A stretch of DNA of 64,000 nucleotides from an uncultured delta proteobacterium (GCA_963753975.1 CAVWEH010000002.1:160001-224000), one strand, 5' to 3'. Shown: positions 11,692-22,849, numbered from the stretch's first letter. A program made the numbers and translations. The notes: a model not told the origin generated them from the letters alone.

Positions 11692-11717
11692 GATTTCATC
11701 TCCCCATAATTTTTATT

Positions 11718-12605
11718 TTAAAAATTTAGGTCTTTTCTCGGCTTCTTTTCTCCAGATGTATAATCATACCATCCTTTTCCTGTTTTTTTGCCGAGATCTC
11801 CGCTTAATACCATCTTTTCTAGGAGCAGGGGAGGGCGAAATTTCTTGTCTTTATATCCTTCATAGAGAGTTCTAAAAACGTTAAGACCGATATCTAACCC
11901 TACTGCATCATTTAATTCGAATGGCCCCATGGGATGATTAAGTCCCAACTTGACGGCCTTGTCTATATCTTCGAGGCTGGCTACTCCCTCCAACAAACAA
12001 GTAAAAACCTCCGACCGAAATGCCGCATTAATCCGGTTTACAAGAAAACCGGGCACATCCTTTACGCGTACCGTTTCTTTTTTGAGATTGAACGCTACTT
12101 CTTGCGTTATTTTCACAGTATCGTCAGATGTTTTAAGGCCGGGAATAATCTCCACGAGCCTCATTATTCCTACGGGGCTGAAAAAATGCATGCCGATAAA
12201 TTTTTCCGGCCGCTTCACGGTTGTAGCGAGCGAGGTAATGGGGATAGAAGAAGTGTTGGTGGCTATTATTACATCTTTTTTGCAAAGAGCATCGAGTTTT
12301 TCGAATATGGATTTCTTCACCTCGAAATTTTCAAAAGCGGCTTCAATAATAAAATCGGCCTTTTTTGCCGCTTCCAGATCGGCTGATTTGCTGATTCTGG
12401 ATAAAATAGCATCTTTATCGGCGGGGGTTATTTTTTCCTTCTGTACCTGGCCGTCGAGGATCCTGCCGATGGAATTGAAGCCCTTGTCGATAAACTCCAT
12501 TTTTACATCATTCATGATGACGTTATATCCGGCCTGGGCGGAAACTTGCGCAATGCCCGATCCCATGAGTCCGGAACCAATAACCATAATATTTTTGATA
12601 TCCAT
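11718..12605 (-). CDS. hbd: 3-hydroxyacyl(butyryl)-CoA dehydrogenase
   Basis: GSGLMGSGIA, IEAAFE, NTSS, GMHFF, PGFLVNR, HPMGP. Confidence 0.9.
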   Translation of the reverse strand: MDIKNIMVIGSGLMGSGIAQVSAQAGYNVIMNDVKMEFIDKGFNSIGRILDGQVQKEKITPADKDAILSRISKSADLEAAKKADFIIEAAFENFEVKKSIFEKLDALCKKDVIIATNTSSIPITSLATTVKRPEKFIGMHFFSPVGIMRLVEIIPGLKTSDDTVKITQEVAFNLKKETVRVKDVPGFLVNRINAAFRSEVFTCLLEGVASLEDIDKAVKLGLNHPMGPFELNDAVGLDIGLNVFRTLYEGYKDKKFRPPLLLEKMVLSGDLGKKTGKGWYDYTSGEKKPRKDLNF

Positions 12606-12653
12606 ATTTCTGCTCCTTGCTTATAGTTTCTAATCCTGTCCTGACAAAAGATC

Positions 12654-12669
12654 AGCAAATATCATACCA
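12654..12669 (-). promoter_or_regulatory. sigma54 -24/-12 promoter of the hbd...sdhB operon
   Basis: TGGTATGATATTTGCT = GG-N10-GC, about 50 nt upstream of hbd, divergent from a GAFTGA activator. Confidence 0.8.
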
Positions 12670-12904
12670 CTTGTATTGTTGTGCTCTAAAATTGCCCTAT
12701 GGCCGTACAGGGTAGAGAATTTCTTGTCTTATTTATGATTCGTGACGTTCCCCACAGCCTCATTAGGGCTGAAAAATAGCAAATTGGAATTTCGTCATCA
12801 TTTATTCTAAAATACGTTTTTGTTCCCAAGGAAATTGTTTTGTATGTTTTTTATTGATTATTTTGTATTAATTGTATACATAATTATCTTAAGAAAGAAA
12901 AAAT

Positions 12905-14269
12905 ATGGAAAAAATTCCTCAATTCTTAATAAAAACCATACAGGATATCTCTGATGCTGCCGTAATCATTGATGAATATAATTATGTTTATTATGTAAAC
13001 AATAAATTTGAATCTCTCTTCAACTATAAAGGTAGCGGCAGAAGAAAAACAAAATGTGATTTTCTTTCGTCTCTCAACCTAAAAGCGTCAGTCAGAATGA
13101 TTACTTCACCCCAGTCCGTAACAATTCCCGGCAGTCAACGAAAAATCAGCTTATTTGTCTACTTATTAAACAAATCAAAAAACAAAGATCATTTTTATCT
13201 TATAATTGCCCGGGATTCGGAAAAAAAAGATAGTAAATCTTACGGGCTAAAAAAATTTAACCCTTATGAAGATGAGGAAAAATTTAGGACTGAAAAACTT
13301 TCTCCCGAGTTTAGCGAGTTAGTAGGTGAGAATATAGAATTTAAAAAAGCCCTGGTTATTGCTCAGAGAGCCGCAAAATCCAATATCTCTGTGCTGATCA
13401 TTGGAGAAAGCGGTACGGGTAAAGAAATATTGGCGCGCGCGATACATAGTACGAGTAAACGGAGTGGAAGGCCATTGATCGATGTCAATTGTGCTGCTAT
13501 CCCGGATACTTTAATCGAAAGTGAACTATTTGGATATGAAAAAGGGGCGTTTACCGGAGCAAGAACCGACGGAAGCAAGGGATATTTCGATGAAGCTCAT
13601 GAAGGAACTATTCTTCTGGATGAAGTTGGAGACGCGTCGCTTCAGACGCAGTCAAAACTATTAAGAGTTCTGGAATCGGGTACTTTCAAGAGGGTAGGTG
13701 GTACGAAAAATATTAAGGTTGACGTCCGCATAATATCTTCTACGAACAGAGATTTAACCTCTTTGATCGAACAGAAGGCATTTAGGGAAGATCTTTTCTT
13801 TCGCTTAAACGCTTTTACTATATACCTTCCGCCGCTCAGAGAGCGCAGAGAAGATATATCTCTTCTGATCGACTATTTTCTTAAGTCCAATGACGATATT
13901 GAAAAACGAAATTTAAAATTTTCCTCTTCAGCTATGGAAATTCTCAACTCGTATCACTGGCCGGGAAATGTTCGTGAATTGAAAGGCGTGGTGAGCTATG
14001 CTGTCAATATGAGCAGAGATTCAATAGTAACTCCCAGCTCACTTCCGAATTTTCTATTTGCCCAAGACCCGGGACCGAATCCTGTCGGTTTACCAATAAC
14101 TTCTTTGCCGGATGAAACTCACAATCTCATAGAAGCTGTTAAGAGTTTGGAAAGAAAATTAATTAAAGAAACCCTGGTAACATCCGTGAACAGAACCATG
14201 GCCATAAAAAAACTGGGGATCAGCAGACGAACTTTTTACATCAAAATGAAGCAATATGGTTTTGATTGA
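12905..14269 (+). CDS. sigma54-dependent enhancer-binding protein (PAS-like, AAA+, Fis-type HTH)
   Basis: [37 protein letters not shown]. Confidence 0.95.
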   Translation: MEKIPQFLIKTIQDISDAAVIIDEYNYVYYVNNKFESLFNYKGSGRRKTKCDFLSSLNLKASVRMITSPQSVTIPGSQRKISLFVYLLNKSKNKDHFYLIIARDSEKKDSKSYGLKKFNPYEDEEKFRTEKLSPEFSELVGENIEFKKALVIAQRAAKSNISVLIIGESGTGKEILARAIHSTSKRSGRPLIDVNCAAIPDTLIESELFGYEKGAFTGARTDGSKGYFDEAHEGTILLDEVGDASLQTQSKLLRVLESGTFKRVGGTKNIKVDVRIISSTNRDLTSLIEQKAFREDLFFRLNAFTIYLPPLRERREDISLLIDYFLKSNDDIEKRNLKFSSSAMEILNSYHWPGNVRELKGVVSYAVNMSRDSIVTPSSLPNFLFAQDPGPNPVGLPITSLPDETHNLIEAVKSLERKLIKETLVTSVNRTMAIKKLGISRRTFYIKMKQYGFD

Positions 14270-14342
14270 AAAAAGTCGCTCAGATTTATCATTCTTTAAA
14301 AAATTTTATTAAAACACATAATTTTGAGGACATAAATATTTA

Positions 14343-14358
14343 TGGAACGTATTATGCA
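14343..14358 (+). promoter_or_regulatory. sigma54 -24/-12 promoter of the HMG-CoA-lyase-like gene
   Basis: TGGAACGTATTATGCA = GG-N10-GC, about 70 nt upstream of the ORF. Confidence 0.7.
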
Positions 14359-14430
14359 TTATATCTTGGCAAGATAAGAATAAAATTTTTCCGGAATTAA
14401 TGACTTTTTCATTTATTTAAGGTAGCTATT

Positions 14431-15396
14431 TTGAAGAAGGAAAATAAAGCAACCATTGTAGAAATATCTCCACGCGACGGTTTACCGGCCGTGTGTAAAA
14501 GCCTTTCGGCGGACAATGAGGTGATGTTTATAAATAAACTATCTCGAGCCGGCTTTAAAAAGATAGAATGCGCATCTTTCTTGCATCCGCGTCTTTTGCC
14601 GAGAAACTATGATGCAGAAAAAATTATTGACGGGATCGAGAAGCAATCGGGAGTAACCTATGTGGGATTGGTGCCTAACGAGATCGGCTGCCGGCGCGCG
14701 TTGATTACTCAAATTGACGAAATTCTTATGCTCGTGGCCGCGAGCGATATCTTCAATAAAATTACGATGGGACGAACACTAAAGGAAACCGTAAACAAAA
14801 CTCTGCCTGCTATTTTCGACGCTACGGGCAAAAGCGGAAAGAGTGTCAGAATCTATATTCTGACCGCTTTTGGTTGTCCCTATACAGGAGTGATTTCATC
14901 CGAAGAAGTATTACAACTTGTATTGAAACTAAGTTATATGGGGGCGACAGAAATTTCTCTTGTCGACTCGACCGGTATGGCCAATCCCAAAAAGGTGAAG
15001 ACCCTTATAAAATCCATTCTTGATTTGAATCTAAATATTAATCTCGCCGTGCATTTCCACAATACCAGAGGTGCGGCTATCGCGAATTGTGTCGCCGCAT
15101 ATGAGGCCGGTATAAGAATTTTCGACACTTCACTGGGCGGCATGAGCGGAACACCTTACGGTTCGATGGAACTTGATCTGGGATACTGGAACGTGCCGAC
15201 GGAAGATCTTGTTTACTTGTTTGAAGAAATGGGGATAAAAACAGGGGTCGATTTCAACCTTCTTCTGGAATGCGTTAAAATTGCGGAAAAATTTACCGGA
15301 GAACCGCTACCCGGGCACCTTCTCCGAGCGAATCCTAATTTCAGCAAATCAAAAGTGTCCGATAATCATAAACCGCCAATGCATTTGGATGTATGA
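14431..15396 (+). CDS. HMG-CoA lyase-like (DRE-TIM metallolyase)
   Basis: PRDGL, AFGCPY, HFHNTRG, NVPTEDL. Confidence 0.85.
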   Translation: MKKENKATIVEISPRDGLPAVCKSLSADNEVMFINKLSRAGFKKIECASFLHPRLLPRNYDAEKIIDGIEKQSGVTYVGLVPNEIGCRRALITQIDEILMLVAASDIFNKITMGRTLKETVNKTLPAIFDATGKSGKSVRIYILTAFGCPYTGVISSEEVLQLVLKLSYMGATEISLVDSTGMANPKKVKTLIKSILDLNLNINLAVHFHNTRGAAIANCVAAYEAGIRIFDTSLGGMSGTPYGSMELDLGYWNVPTEDLVYLFEEMGIKTGVDFNLLLECVKIAEKFTGEPLPGHLLRANPNFSKSKVSDNHKPPMHLDV

Positions 15397-15428
15397 TGAC
15401 GTGTAAATGTAGTAAACGATTTATGTGC

Positions 15429-17231
15429 CTAGCGTTGTGATTCATCACCTCTAAGGAAAAAACGTTTCGGATCGAAACAACGCATAAGTTTTAATTCCTC
15501 TGCCGAAGGCAAGGGAAGAATCTGCAGTTTGCTTTTTACTTTCAATTTCCAGCCGCATTGTTCCTGAATACTCCTCACAGATTCCTCTTCCGATGCCGAG
15601 GGAGTTACAGGAAAGTATCCGGTCAATACCAGTTCATTGTTTCCCACTTCCTTTTCCCATATTCCCAACTGAGAAATTACGGTGGTTACTCTAATACCCG
15701 GTGACGTTATATAGGCGACTTTTTCCACAAAGCGGCTATTGTTTTGCTCCAAAGTAACGACCGTTTCATTGGCACTCGATGCCACATCATTGGCTCCTCC
15801 GGACCCGACTAAAAAAGGCCCTGTTGCGGATAGTCTTGTCGTATTTACATTTCCCAACACATCGACTTGACCCGCTCCGATAACTCCAATGCTGGAAGTT
15901 TGGGAACCGCCCATAATAATGCCTAGGGAAGTAAAGATATCCGAAATCATCTTACAGGAAGGAATGTTACGCAGATTGAATACATAAGGATCGGATGGTT
16001 GAGGAGAGTAACCATAGTAACCGATTTCCGCCACCAGCTCCAGAGGGTATTCTTCCCGACGCAATTTATAATAAGCCAACCAGGCGGCAAGATTCGAAAC
16101 ACCGATGCCGCAAAGAGCCAAACAATATTTTTTTGTTTTAACAATTTCCATAATTTTATGGGAAGAGGCGCTAACCAAACGTTCGGCGGGTGTTGATTCT
16201 TGGGGAGAGGGGAGACGACCGGCTGAAACGGAAAGTTCAGATATCCAGGAATCGTTTTGTATTTTTCCTTTTAAATGCCAAATACGCTGTTGCCCGAGAC
16301 GGGAAAGAAAATCTTCATGATTCTTGCAGCCCAGTACCCATTTTTCCACCCAAGCCTGATATTCATCGGAATTTCGGGCAGCTTTTCGTGCTTCTATAAT
16401 CCATTCTTCATCTTCTCCATATCCTTCCAATTCGGAGACACCTAGAGCATGAATGCCCATAGGATGACCGCCCATAGGTACAGGGCAGACCGCTTTGACG
16501 ACATATCCGGGAAGGCGAGTCATATGAGCGTGGCGCCGGATAAAGTCGGCATCGACAATTTTCTCGACAGTGACGATCACACCCTCCTTCGCTGCCAGTG
16601 CTCCAAAGTGATTTCCGGAGTGCGGCGCGGACATAATGGTATTACCGTCTTTATCTGACGCCCATCCGTGAGCTATGGCAATATCCGGATTATAGGCTTT
16701 AACAACACTTGCCGATTCTCCCTCTGTAAAGGGATTGGAAATTTGACAAAAACTGTCTTTATTTTCAACTTCCATGGAACTCCCGCGAATTGATTTAGTA
16801 GGGAAAAATGGTACTCCCAATGCTCCGGCCATAAAGCGAAGCACAATCGTTAATTGCGTCCAATTTTCCAGCGAGACAGCTCCCTCTCTCAGAGCTCGGG
16901 CAAGGATGGGATTGGGGCCAGGGAAGGGATACCCGTCGCCGGCGAAGGCGACAATAATTTTATTACATAACTTTCCATGAACGAAAAGAGCAATATTGTA
17001 AACATTTCCGGAAATTCCAATAATGGTGAATCGGGGATTTTTTCCCCAAAATTGTCTGGCGATTTCAAAAAAAATGGGTGTCGGCGTGGTCATGCCGTTT
17101 CCGAATTGAATGCTCATCTGCGGTCGGACAAACCGGCGTACGGCTTCAGATAGTTCCATAACTTTACCCGTGCCGCAAGAATCCCGGAATGTCAATTTTT
17201 CCTCTAGAAAACTTTTCAGGTGATTATCCAT
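15429..17231 (-). CDS. Family I CoA-transferase, fused alpha/beta (glutaconate CoA-transferase-like)
   Basis: KVMELSEAV, LRFMAGALGVPF, DKDGN; beta half AEIG, GAGQVDVLGNVN, GSGGANDVAS. Confidence 0.85.
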   Translation of the reverse strand: MDNHLKSFLEEKLTFRDSCGTGKVMELSEAVRRFVRPQMSIQFGNGMTTPTPIFFEIARQFWGKNPRFTIIGISGNVYNIALFVHGKLCNKIIVAFAGDGYPFPGPNPILARALREGAVSLENWTQLTIVLRFMAGALGVPFFPTKSIRGSSMEVENKDSFCQISNPFTEGESASVVKAYNPDIAIAHGWASDKDGNTIMSAPHSGNHFGALAAKEGVIVTVEKIVDADFIRRHAHMTRLPGYVVKAVCPVPMGGHPMGIHALGVSELEGYGEDEEWIIEARKAARNSDEYQAWVEKWVLGCKNHEDFLSRLGQQRIWHLKGKIQNDSWISELSVSAGRLPSPQESTPAERLVSASSHKIMEIVKTKKYCLALCGIGVSNLAAWLAYYKLRREEYPLELVAEIGYYGYSPQPSDPYVFNLRNIPSCKMISDIFTSLGIIMGGSQTSSIGVIGAGQVDVLGNVNTTRLSATGPFLVGSGGANDVASSANETVVTLEQNNSRFVEKVAYITSPGIRVTTVISQLGIWEKEVGNNELVLTGYFPVTPSASEEESVRSIQEQCGWKLKVKSKLQILPLPSAEELKLMRCFDPKRFFLRGDESQR

Positions 17232-17585
17232 AATAACTTGCTCCTTGAAATTGATACAGCTTAATTTACCTATATCAATTTAGAGAGCATTATCAAGTTC
17301 TTTCCTATCTTGCATAAAAGACAATCCTTCGAACTAAAGTATTATTTGGCAGCTTTATTTTCTTGACACCTAAACTACATCTTCATATACGTAAAATATT
17401 GGAATATTCGAAATAAAGCCGGCACTGGAAAAAATGAAGATTTACAGGCTAACTAGAGACGATAAGCGAAGCGGTAAAAAATCGAAAAATGTTTAAGGAA
17501 TGGATAATTGATATTATAAGTCAATTCTTTAATAGATATAGATAATATCAAGACATATAAGAAGAAATTAATAAAGGGAAGTTAA

Positions 17586-18164
17586 TTGAAGCAAGTCTTA
17601 GCTTTCAACGGTAGTCCCCGAAAAAAGGGAAACACATCGACAATCATTGCCGCTATTCTGGAAGGCGCCGCGAGCAAGGGCGCTCAAACAATAGAAATAA
17701 GACTACATGATATCTTCCTGAAAGGATGCAAGGGTTGTCTAAGCTGCCGAAAAAACTTCGGCCGCTGCAATCAGCAGGATGATCTCAGCCCATATTTAGA
17801 GGCAATGAAAACCTGCACCGGCATTATCATCGGTTGTCCTATTTACATGTATCGTATTTCCGGTCAAATGAAGCTCTTTGTTGATAGGCTATATTCACTT
17901 TACGCCAATCGTCCCGATGGCGGTTACGATTCCATGGTGCCATCCGGTAAAACATATGCTCTTGTCGTTTCTCAGGGTGCTCCCAATCCGGAACAATATA
18001 AAAGATCGATTCAATACCTTGCCGGTATGACGGGAAGCGGTCTGGGAATGGAAGAAGTAGGCCGAATTATCCATGTAAATAGCGAAGAATGTCCCGCCGC
18101 AGTGAACAGAGGTCTTTTGCAAGAAGCTTTTGAGACCGGCAGAAGATTAATAAAGATTTATTAA
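17586..18164 (+). CDS. Flavodoxin-fold iron-sulfur flavoprotein / FMN reductase family
   Basis: GSPRKKGNT, CKGCLSC...C, PIY, MKLFVDR. Confidence 0.88.
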   Translation: MKQVLAFNGSPRKKGNTSTIIAAILEGAASKGAQTIEIRLHDIFLKGCKGCLSCRKNFGRCNQQDDLSPYLEAMKTCTGIIIGCPIYMYRISGQMKLFVDRLYSLYANRPDGGYDSMVPSGKTYALVVSQGAPNPEQYKRSIQYLAGMTGSGLGMEEVGRIIHVNSEECPAAVNRGLLQEAFETGRRLIKIY

Positions 18165-18278
18165 GCAAAGCATAATCATCTTATATATCTTGAACTGTTT
18201 TATACTCTGTGATAATTAGAAAACGACTGAAAAAAATAGCAGCCGTTTATAAAACAAGGCGTTTTGCCGGGGGGATGT

Positions 18279-18608
18279 ATGGATTCAGATTCTATAGATA
18301 CCAAGAAAATTTTCGACTTGACGGATGTATATGAAGATCGAAACGGCAGAAATAATCAAGAAGTAATTGTGATAGACGGCCGTGGTTATGAGAAAAATGC
18401 TAAAGATAAAAATACGCACAATATTGCGCAGGAGGCTAAAGAACATCAAATAGCAAATAATCTGAATGAAGAAATTATGCAGCGCACAACGGAAATCGCC
18501 GAAAAAATAGCACGCGAAATAATCCCGGAAATTGCCGAAAGAATCGTAAGGGAAGAAATTGAAAAACTGAAGAAGATAAGCAGCAATGATTCAATGACGA
18601 ATGATTAA
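18279..18608 (+). CDS. Hypothetical protein with amphipathic C-terminal helix
   Basis: ORF with IAEKIAREIIPEIAERIVREEIEKLK tail, first in an apparent operon. Confidence 0.65.
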   Translation: MDSDSIDTKKIFDLTDVYEDRNGRNNQEVIVIDGRGYEKNAKDKNTHNIAQEAKEHQIANNLNEEIMQRTTEIAEKIAREIIPEIAERIVREEIEKLKKISSNDSMTND

Positions 18609-18611
18609 CCA

Positions 18612-19298
18612 ATGAGAAAATATCTGCTTTTAGCAATTCTTGTTCTAATTATTTTTATCTCGCTTCCTGTTTATGCTCAAAACGATCAAGGTGTTTTAAG
18701 CCTTTACGTGGAAGGCAGCGCGAAGATAAAACAAAATGATCTAGCCGGAGCTCGCGAAGAAGCCATTCAAAATGCATTAGAAAAAGCAATATTGGAGACC
18801 GTATCTAAACTATTAGCTGTTCCAACTAAAGCCGAGGAGTTTCAGCAGGCAAAAAACATTATTATTAACGAACAGGATAAGTATGTCCAATATTATAAAA
18901 TTGCAGAAGAAAAAAGACAAGCGCAGAATTTTATAGTTAATGTGAATGTTGTGCTGGCTTTATCATCACTAAAGAATGACCTGCATAAGATGGGTTTTCT
19001 TCAGGCAGCGGAATCGGGAAAAAACAATATCAGAGTTTCTTTAAGCGTTATCGGTTTAAAAAAATATTCGGATTACCTGAATTTAAAAGATTTTTTACAA
19101 AATCGCACAAAATTAGTAAAAAATATTTATCCTTGCAGCTTTCAATGGTCTGAAGTTCATTGTGAAATAGAGCTTTCCGGAGATGCGCAATCTTTTGCGG
19201 ATGAATTGGTGAAAAACGTTGCTTGCGTGCCGGATATTAAACAAGCGAATAATAATAAAATAGAGATGATTTGTTTGAAAAAAATGGAGGAAAAGTGA
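18612..19298 (+). CDS. Exported protein, FlgT N-terminal-like domain
   Basis: Signal peptide ending VYA; EGSA...AREEAIQNALEKAI. Confidence 0.65.
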   Translation: MRKYLLLAILVLIIFISLPVYAQNDQGVLSLYVEGSAKIKQNDLAGAREEAIQNALEKAILETVSKLLAVPTKAEEFQQAKNIIINEQDKYVQYYKIAEEKRQAQNFIVNVNVVLALSSLKNDLHKMGFLQAAESGKNNIRVSLSVIGLKKYSDYLNLKDFLQNRTKLVKNIYPCSFQWSEVHCEIELSGDAQSFADELVKNVACVPDIKQANNNKIEMICLKKMEEK

Positions 19299-19894
19299 AG
19301 GCTTATAAAAATTGTGTATTTTTATTGTTGATCTTGATCCTTGTTTTTTCCGGATGTTCTTCGAAATCAACAAATGTTTTGAAATCTGAATATGAAAAAA
19401 ATTGGATAAAAGTTATCGCTGTTCTCCCTGTGGAAAATAAAACTAAAGACAATAAAGCTCCCCAGTTATTGAGATCTAAATTGCTTGAGCAACTTTATTT
19501 TAAGGGTTACTCCAAACTTCCACTGGCTACAATTGATCAAAAGCTGGAATCGTTATATAGTAGTGACAAAAAAGGGAACGCAGGCATAATCGCACCGCAA
19601 GTTTTGAAAGATTTGGTTGGTGCTGATGCTGTAATGTATTGTACGTTATTGGAAAGCAGTAGCTCAATGGGGTTTTTTTATGCGCCATTGACAATCTCTC
19701 TTTCCTGTGAATTACGCAGAGCGGAGAGTGGTGAAGTTCTTTGGAAGGACAAATATAAATCAACGGATAGAAATTTCGATTTTACCAGCAAAAATCTGGA
19801 GATGAAATCCTCTGAAAGCTACGAGTCTGTCATTGAGGAAGTAGTCAATAAAATCATAGAAACTCTTCCTGATGGCCCCAACTTGCGTGGCTGA
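19295..19894 (+). CDS. Lipoprotein, DUF799/GNA1162-like
   Basis: GTG start overlaps the previous stop (GTGA); lipobox FSGC; IAVLPVEN, GADAV, GEVLW. Confidence 0.7.
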   Translation: MKAYKNCVFLLLILILVFSGCSSKSTNVLKSEYEKNWIKVIAVLPVENKTKDNKAPQLLRSKLLEQLYFKGYSKLPLATIDQKLESLYSSDKKGNAGIIAPQVLKDLVGADAVMYCTLLESSSSMGFFYAPLTISLSCELRRAESGEVLWKDKYKSTDRNFDFTSKNLEMKSSESYESVIEEVVNKIIETLPDGPNLRG

Positions 19895-19945
19895 AAAATT
19901 TTGTTAAATTTTAGACAGGAACTAAAAATCAATGGATATGCGCTT

Positions 19946-20104
19946 ATGAAAAAATTTTTAAAATCATTTTGTGTATCCCCGCAAGAAATCATGATAAAAG
20001 TGGACGTCTATGCGGAAAATCCGAAGGAATTTACCGCAGAGGAAGATAGCCATGACTGGGTGGCCTGGAATAAAGCACGAGAAAAAAATATTAAGAATGA
20101 ATAG
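19946..20104 (+). CDS. Small hypothetical protein
   Basis: Short ORF filling the gap between co-oriented genes; no motif. Confidence 0.3.
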   Translation: MKKFLKSFCVSPQEIMIKVDVYAENPKEFTAEEDSHDWVAWNKAREKNIKNE

Positions 20105-20119
20105 AGAGTCAGGTTGGTG

Positions 20120-20659
20120 ATGAATATACCAAATTTTTTATCATTATCACGGATTATTCTTGTTCCTGTAATAGTAATATTTTTGATACAAGAGTCATAC
20201 ACTAAAGCTCTGATTACTTTTACAGTCGCAGGCTTAACTGATATTTTTGATGGCACCCTGGCTCGCATCTTAAATCGACAAACCAAACTTGGTTCTTTTT
20301 TAGATCCTATTGCCGACAAAATACTGCTGGCGACAAGCTTTGTCACATTGTCTGTTTTTGGTTTAATTCCCGGTTGGCTTACCGTAATAGTTATCAGCAG
20401 AGACTTTATAATACTACTCGGTATAGTCATCTTGTCAATGATGTCGATAACATATGAAATTAAACCGGCATTTATCAGCAAGGTTACAACTGCCCTGCAA
20501 CTTGCCACTATTTTTTTCGCCCTGCTTTTTAAAGCAGTTATTCATGATATCAGTTTTAATTGGATTATAATTCTTTGCTGGTTAACCGCAATTTGTACTA
20601 TTGCTTCCGGATTGACTTATATAATTCGGGGAATAAAATACATTAACCGTGCCGCTTAA
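20120..20659 (+). CDS. pgsA: CDP-alcohol phosphatidyltransferase (PgsA-like)
   Basis: NIPNFLSLSR, TDIFDGTLAR...LGSFLDPIADK signature. Confidence 0.85.
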   Translation: MNIPNFLSLSRIILVPVIVIFLIQESYTKALITFTVAGLTDIFDGTLARILNRQTKLGSFLDPIADKILLATSFVTLSVFGLIPGWLTVIVISRDFIILLGIVILSMMSITYEIKPAFISKVTTALQLATIFFALLFKAVIHDISFNWIIILCWLTAICTIASGLTYIIRGIKYINRAA

Positions 20660-20684
20660 AAGTGCTAATATATAAGATATTTGC

Positions 20685-20713
20685 TTGACACTATAACTAT
20701 TTACTGCTAGTAG
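20685..20713 (+). promoter_or_regulatory. sigma70 promoter for tRNA-Val
   Basis: TTGACA-17 nt-TAGTAG with extended TG. Confidence 0.55.
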
Positions 20714-20741
20714 CTCCAAACTCTGGAGTTGGGTTATATAT

Positions 20742-20816
20742 AGGCACGTAGCTCAGGGGGAGAGCGCCATCCTGACGCGGTGGATGTCCAGGGTTCAAAT
20801 CCCTGCGTGCCTACCA
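20742..20816 (+). tRNA. tRNA-Val(GAC)
   Basis: AGGCACG/CGTGCCT acceptor stem, TAGCTCAG D arm, CCATC-CTGACGC-GGTGG anticodon arm, GGTTCAAATCC T arm, encoded CCA. Confidence 0.96.
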
Positions 20817-20856
20817 TTTTTAAGTTAAAGTAATATGATATGATAAGTGCCAATAC

Positions 20857-20888
20857 AAAGGGCATCAACGAAATGCTGATGCCCTTTT
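20857..20888 (+). terminator. Hairpin between tRNA-Val and thrS (terminator or processing signal)
   Basis: AAAGGGCATCA-N9-TGATGCCCTTTT. Confidence 0.6.
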
Positions 20889-20935
20889 AAAATAGTGCTT
20901 AATATTAATAGTGAGTTCATCAGTAATTTAATTTT

Positions 20936-22849
20936 ATGAATATAAAAATTATTTTCCCCGATAAAAAAGAAGCAGCTATTAAGCCGGGCATTACCGCCAT
21001 GGAAACTGTCTCTCAATGGCAAAAAAAAGCTTTGGATTCTGCTGTCGCGATTAAAGTCAACGGAATAGCCGTGGATTTAAGCTATATTTTGAGAGAAGAC
21101 TCAAGAATTTCTTTAATTGATATTTCTTCGCCCGAGGGATTATCTATTTTACGTCACAGTACTGCTCATGTAATGGCTCAGGCTGTTCAAGACATCTTTG
21201 CGGGAGCCAAGGTATCCATCGGTCCTTCTATTGAAGATGGTTTTTATTATGATTTTGAATATAGAGAACCGTTTACTGCAGATGATTTTGCTAAAATTGA
21301 GAAGCGCATGAGGGAAATTATCGCCTCTGATTATCCGTTTATTCGTGAGGAGATTTCCCGTGCCGCCGCCGTAAAATTATTCGCAAAAAAAGGCGAGAAT
21401 TATAAAGTGGAATTAGTTAATGATTTGCCGGCGGATGTAAAAATTGTAAGCGTTTATAATCAAGGTGATTATATTGATTTATGCCGGGGACCGCACATTC
21501 CGTCGACAGGCAAAATTAAGGCTTTCAAACTTTTGAGCGTTGCCGGAGCTTACTGGCGGGGCGATGAAAAAAACAAAATGCTGCAACGCATTTATGGAAC
21601 AGGTTTTGCCGACGAAAGGTCTCTTGATGAATATCTAAAATTACTGGAAGAAGCAAAAAAAAGGGACCATCGCCGCCTAGGCAAGGAACTTGACCTTTTC
21701 CAAATTAATGAAGAAGTCGGTCCCGGATTAATTATTTTTCATCCCAACGGGATGATGTTGCGTTACATTATCGAGGAATGGGAAAGAAAAGAACATCTGA
21801 AACGCGGTTATGAAATGGTCATGGGGCCGCAAATTCTCAAGGTTGAACTTTGGAAGAAATCGGGGCATTTTGATCATTATCGCGACAATATGTACTTTAC
21901 CGAAGTGGATGAGCAGGCTTATGGGATTAAGCCCATGAATTGCCTTGCGCATATGCTGATTTATAAATCTAAAATTCGCAGTTATCGCGATTTGCCCCTG
22001 CGCTATTTCGAGTTAGGTACGGTTCATCGGCACGAGAAGACGGGGGTTTTGCACGGCCTGATGCGGGTGAGACAATTTACCCAGGATGATGCGCATATCC
22101 TTTGCACGCCCGAACAGCTTAATTCCGAAATTCGTGCTATTGCCGATTTTGTCAATTATGCCATGGGCATTTTCGGTTTTGAATATGAAGTCGAATTAAG
22201 CACCAGACCGGAGGATTCTATCGGCTCGGATCGGGATTGGGAACTGGCAACGACAGCGCTGGAAAATGCTCTTCGGGATAATAAAACAAATTATATGGTG
22301 AATGAAGGCGATGGTGCTTTTTATGGACCTAAGATTGATTTTAAATTAAAAGATGCCTTGAAAAGAAAGTGGCAGTGTGCGACAATCCAATGTGATTTCA
22401 CGCTGCCGGAAAGATTCGATTTAAATTATATAGGAGCAGATGGAGAAAGACATCGGCCGGTTATGCTGCACCGGGTTATCCTTGGTGCGGTGGAACGGTT
22501 TATGGGTGTGCTCATCGAACATTATGCCGGAGCATTTCCAGTTTGGTTATCACCGATACAAAGTGTTTTGTTGACCGTTACGGACAGGCATATACCTTAC
22601 GCTGAAAAAGTTTACGGTGAATTAGTCGCGGCTGGTATTCGTTGTGAAAAATCTTTGGAAAATGAAAAATTAGGGTACAAAATTCGTCAGGCGCAAATGC
22701 AAAAAATACCATTTATGTTGGTTATTGGCGATAAAGAGGTAGAAGCAAATACAATTTCTCCACGTGCGCGTGACGGCCAAAATTTAGGATCGCTGTCAGT
22801 AAAAGAATTTATTGCTCTTGTGCAGGAAATGTGTGAAAAGAAAAAATAA
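20936..22849 (+). CDS. thrS: Threonine--tRNA ligase
   Basis: [36 protein letters not shown]. Confidence 0.98.
   Translation: MNIKIIFPDKKEAAIKPGITAMETVSQWQKKALDSAVAIKVNGIAVDLSYILREDSRISLIDISSPEGLSILRHSTAHVMAQAVQDIFAGAKVSIGPSIEDGFYYDFEYREPFTADDFAKIEKRMREIIASDYPFIREEISRAAAVKLFAKKGENYKVELVNDLPADVKIVSVYNQGDYIDLCRGPHIPSTGKIKAFKLLSVAGAYWRGDEKNKMLQRIYGTGFADERSLDEYLKLLEEAKKRDHRRLGKELDLFQINEEVGPGLIIFHPNGMMLRYIIEEWERKEHLKRGYEMVMGPQILKVELWKKSGHFDHYRDNMYFTEVDEQAYGIKPMNCLAHMLIYKSKIRSYRDLPLRYFELGTVHRHEKTGVLHGLMRVRQFTQDDAHILCTPEQLNSEIRAIADFVNYAMGIFGFEYEVELSTRPEDSIGSDRDWELATTALENALRDNKTNYMVNEGDGAFYGPKIDFKLKDALKRKWQCATIQCDFTLPERFDLNYIGADGERHRPVMLHRVILGAVERFMGVLIEHYAGAFPVWLSPIQSVLLTVTDRHIPYAEKVYGELVAAGIRCEKSLENEKLGYKIRQAQMQKIPFMLVIGDKEVEANTISPRARDGQNLGSLSVKEFIALVQEMCEKKK

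Noticed and set aside
12715..12778. Short matches between the hbd upstream region and hbd coding sequence
   Set aside because: Matches of 10-13 bp in AT-rich DNA are compatible with chance
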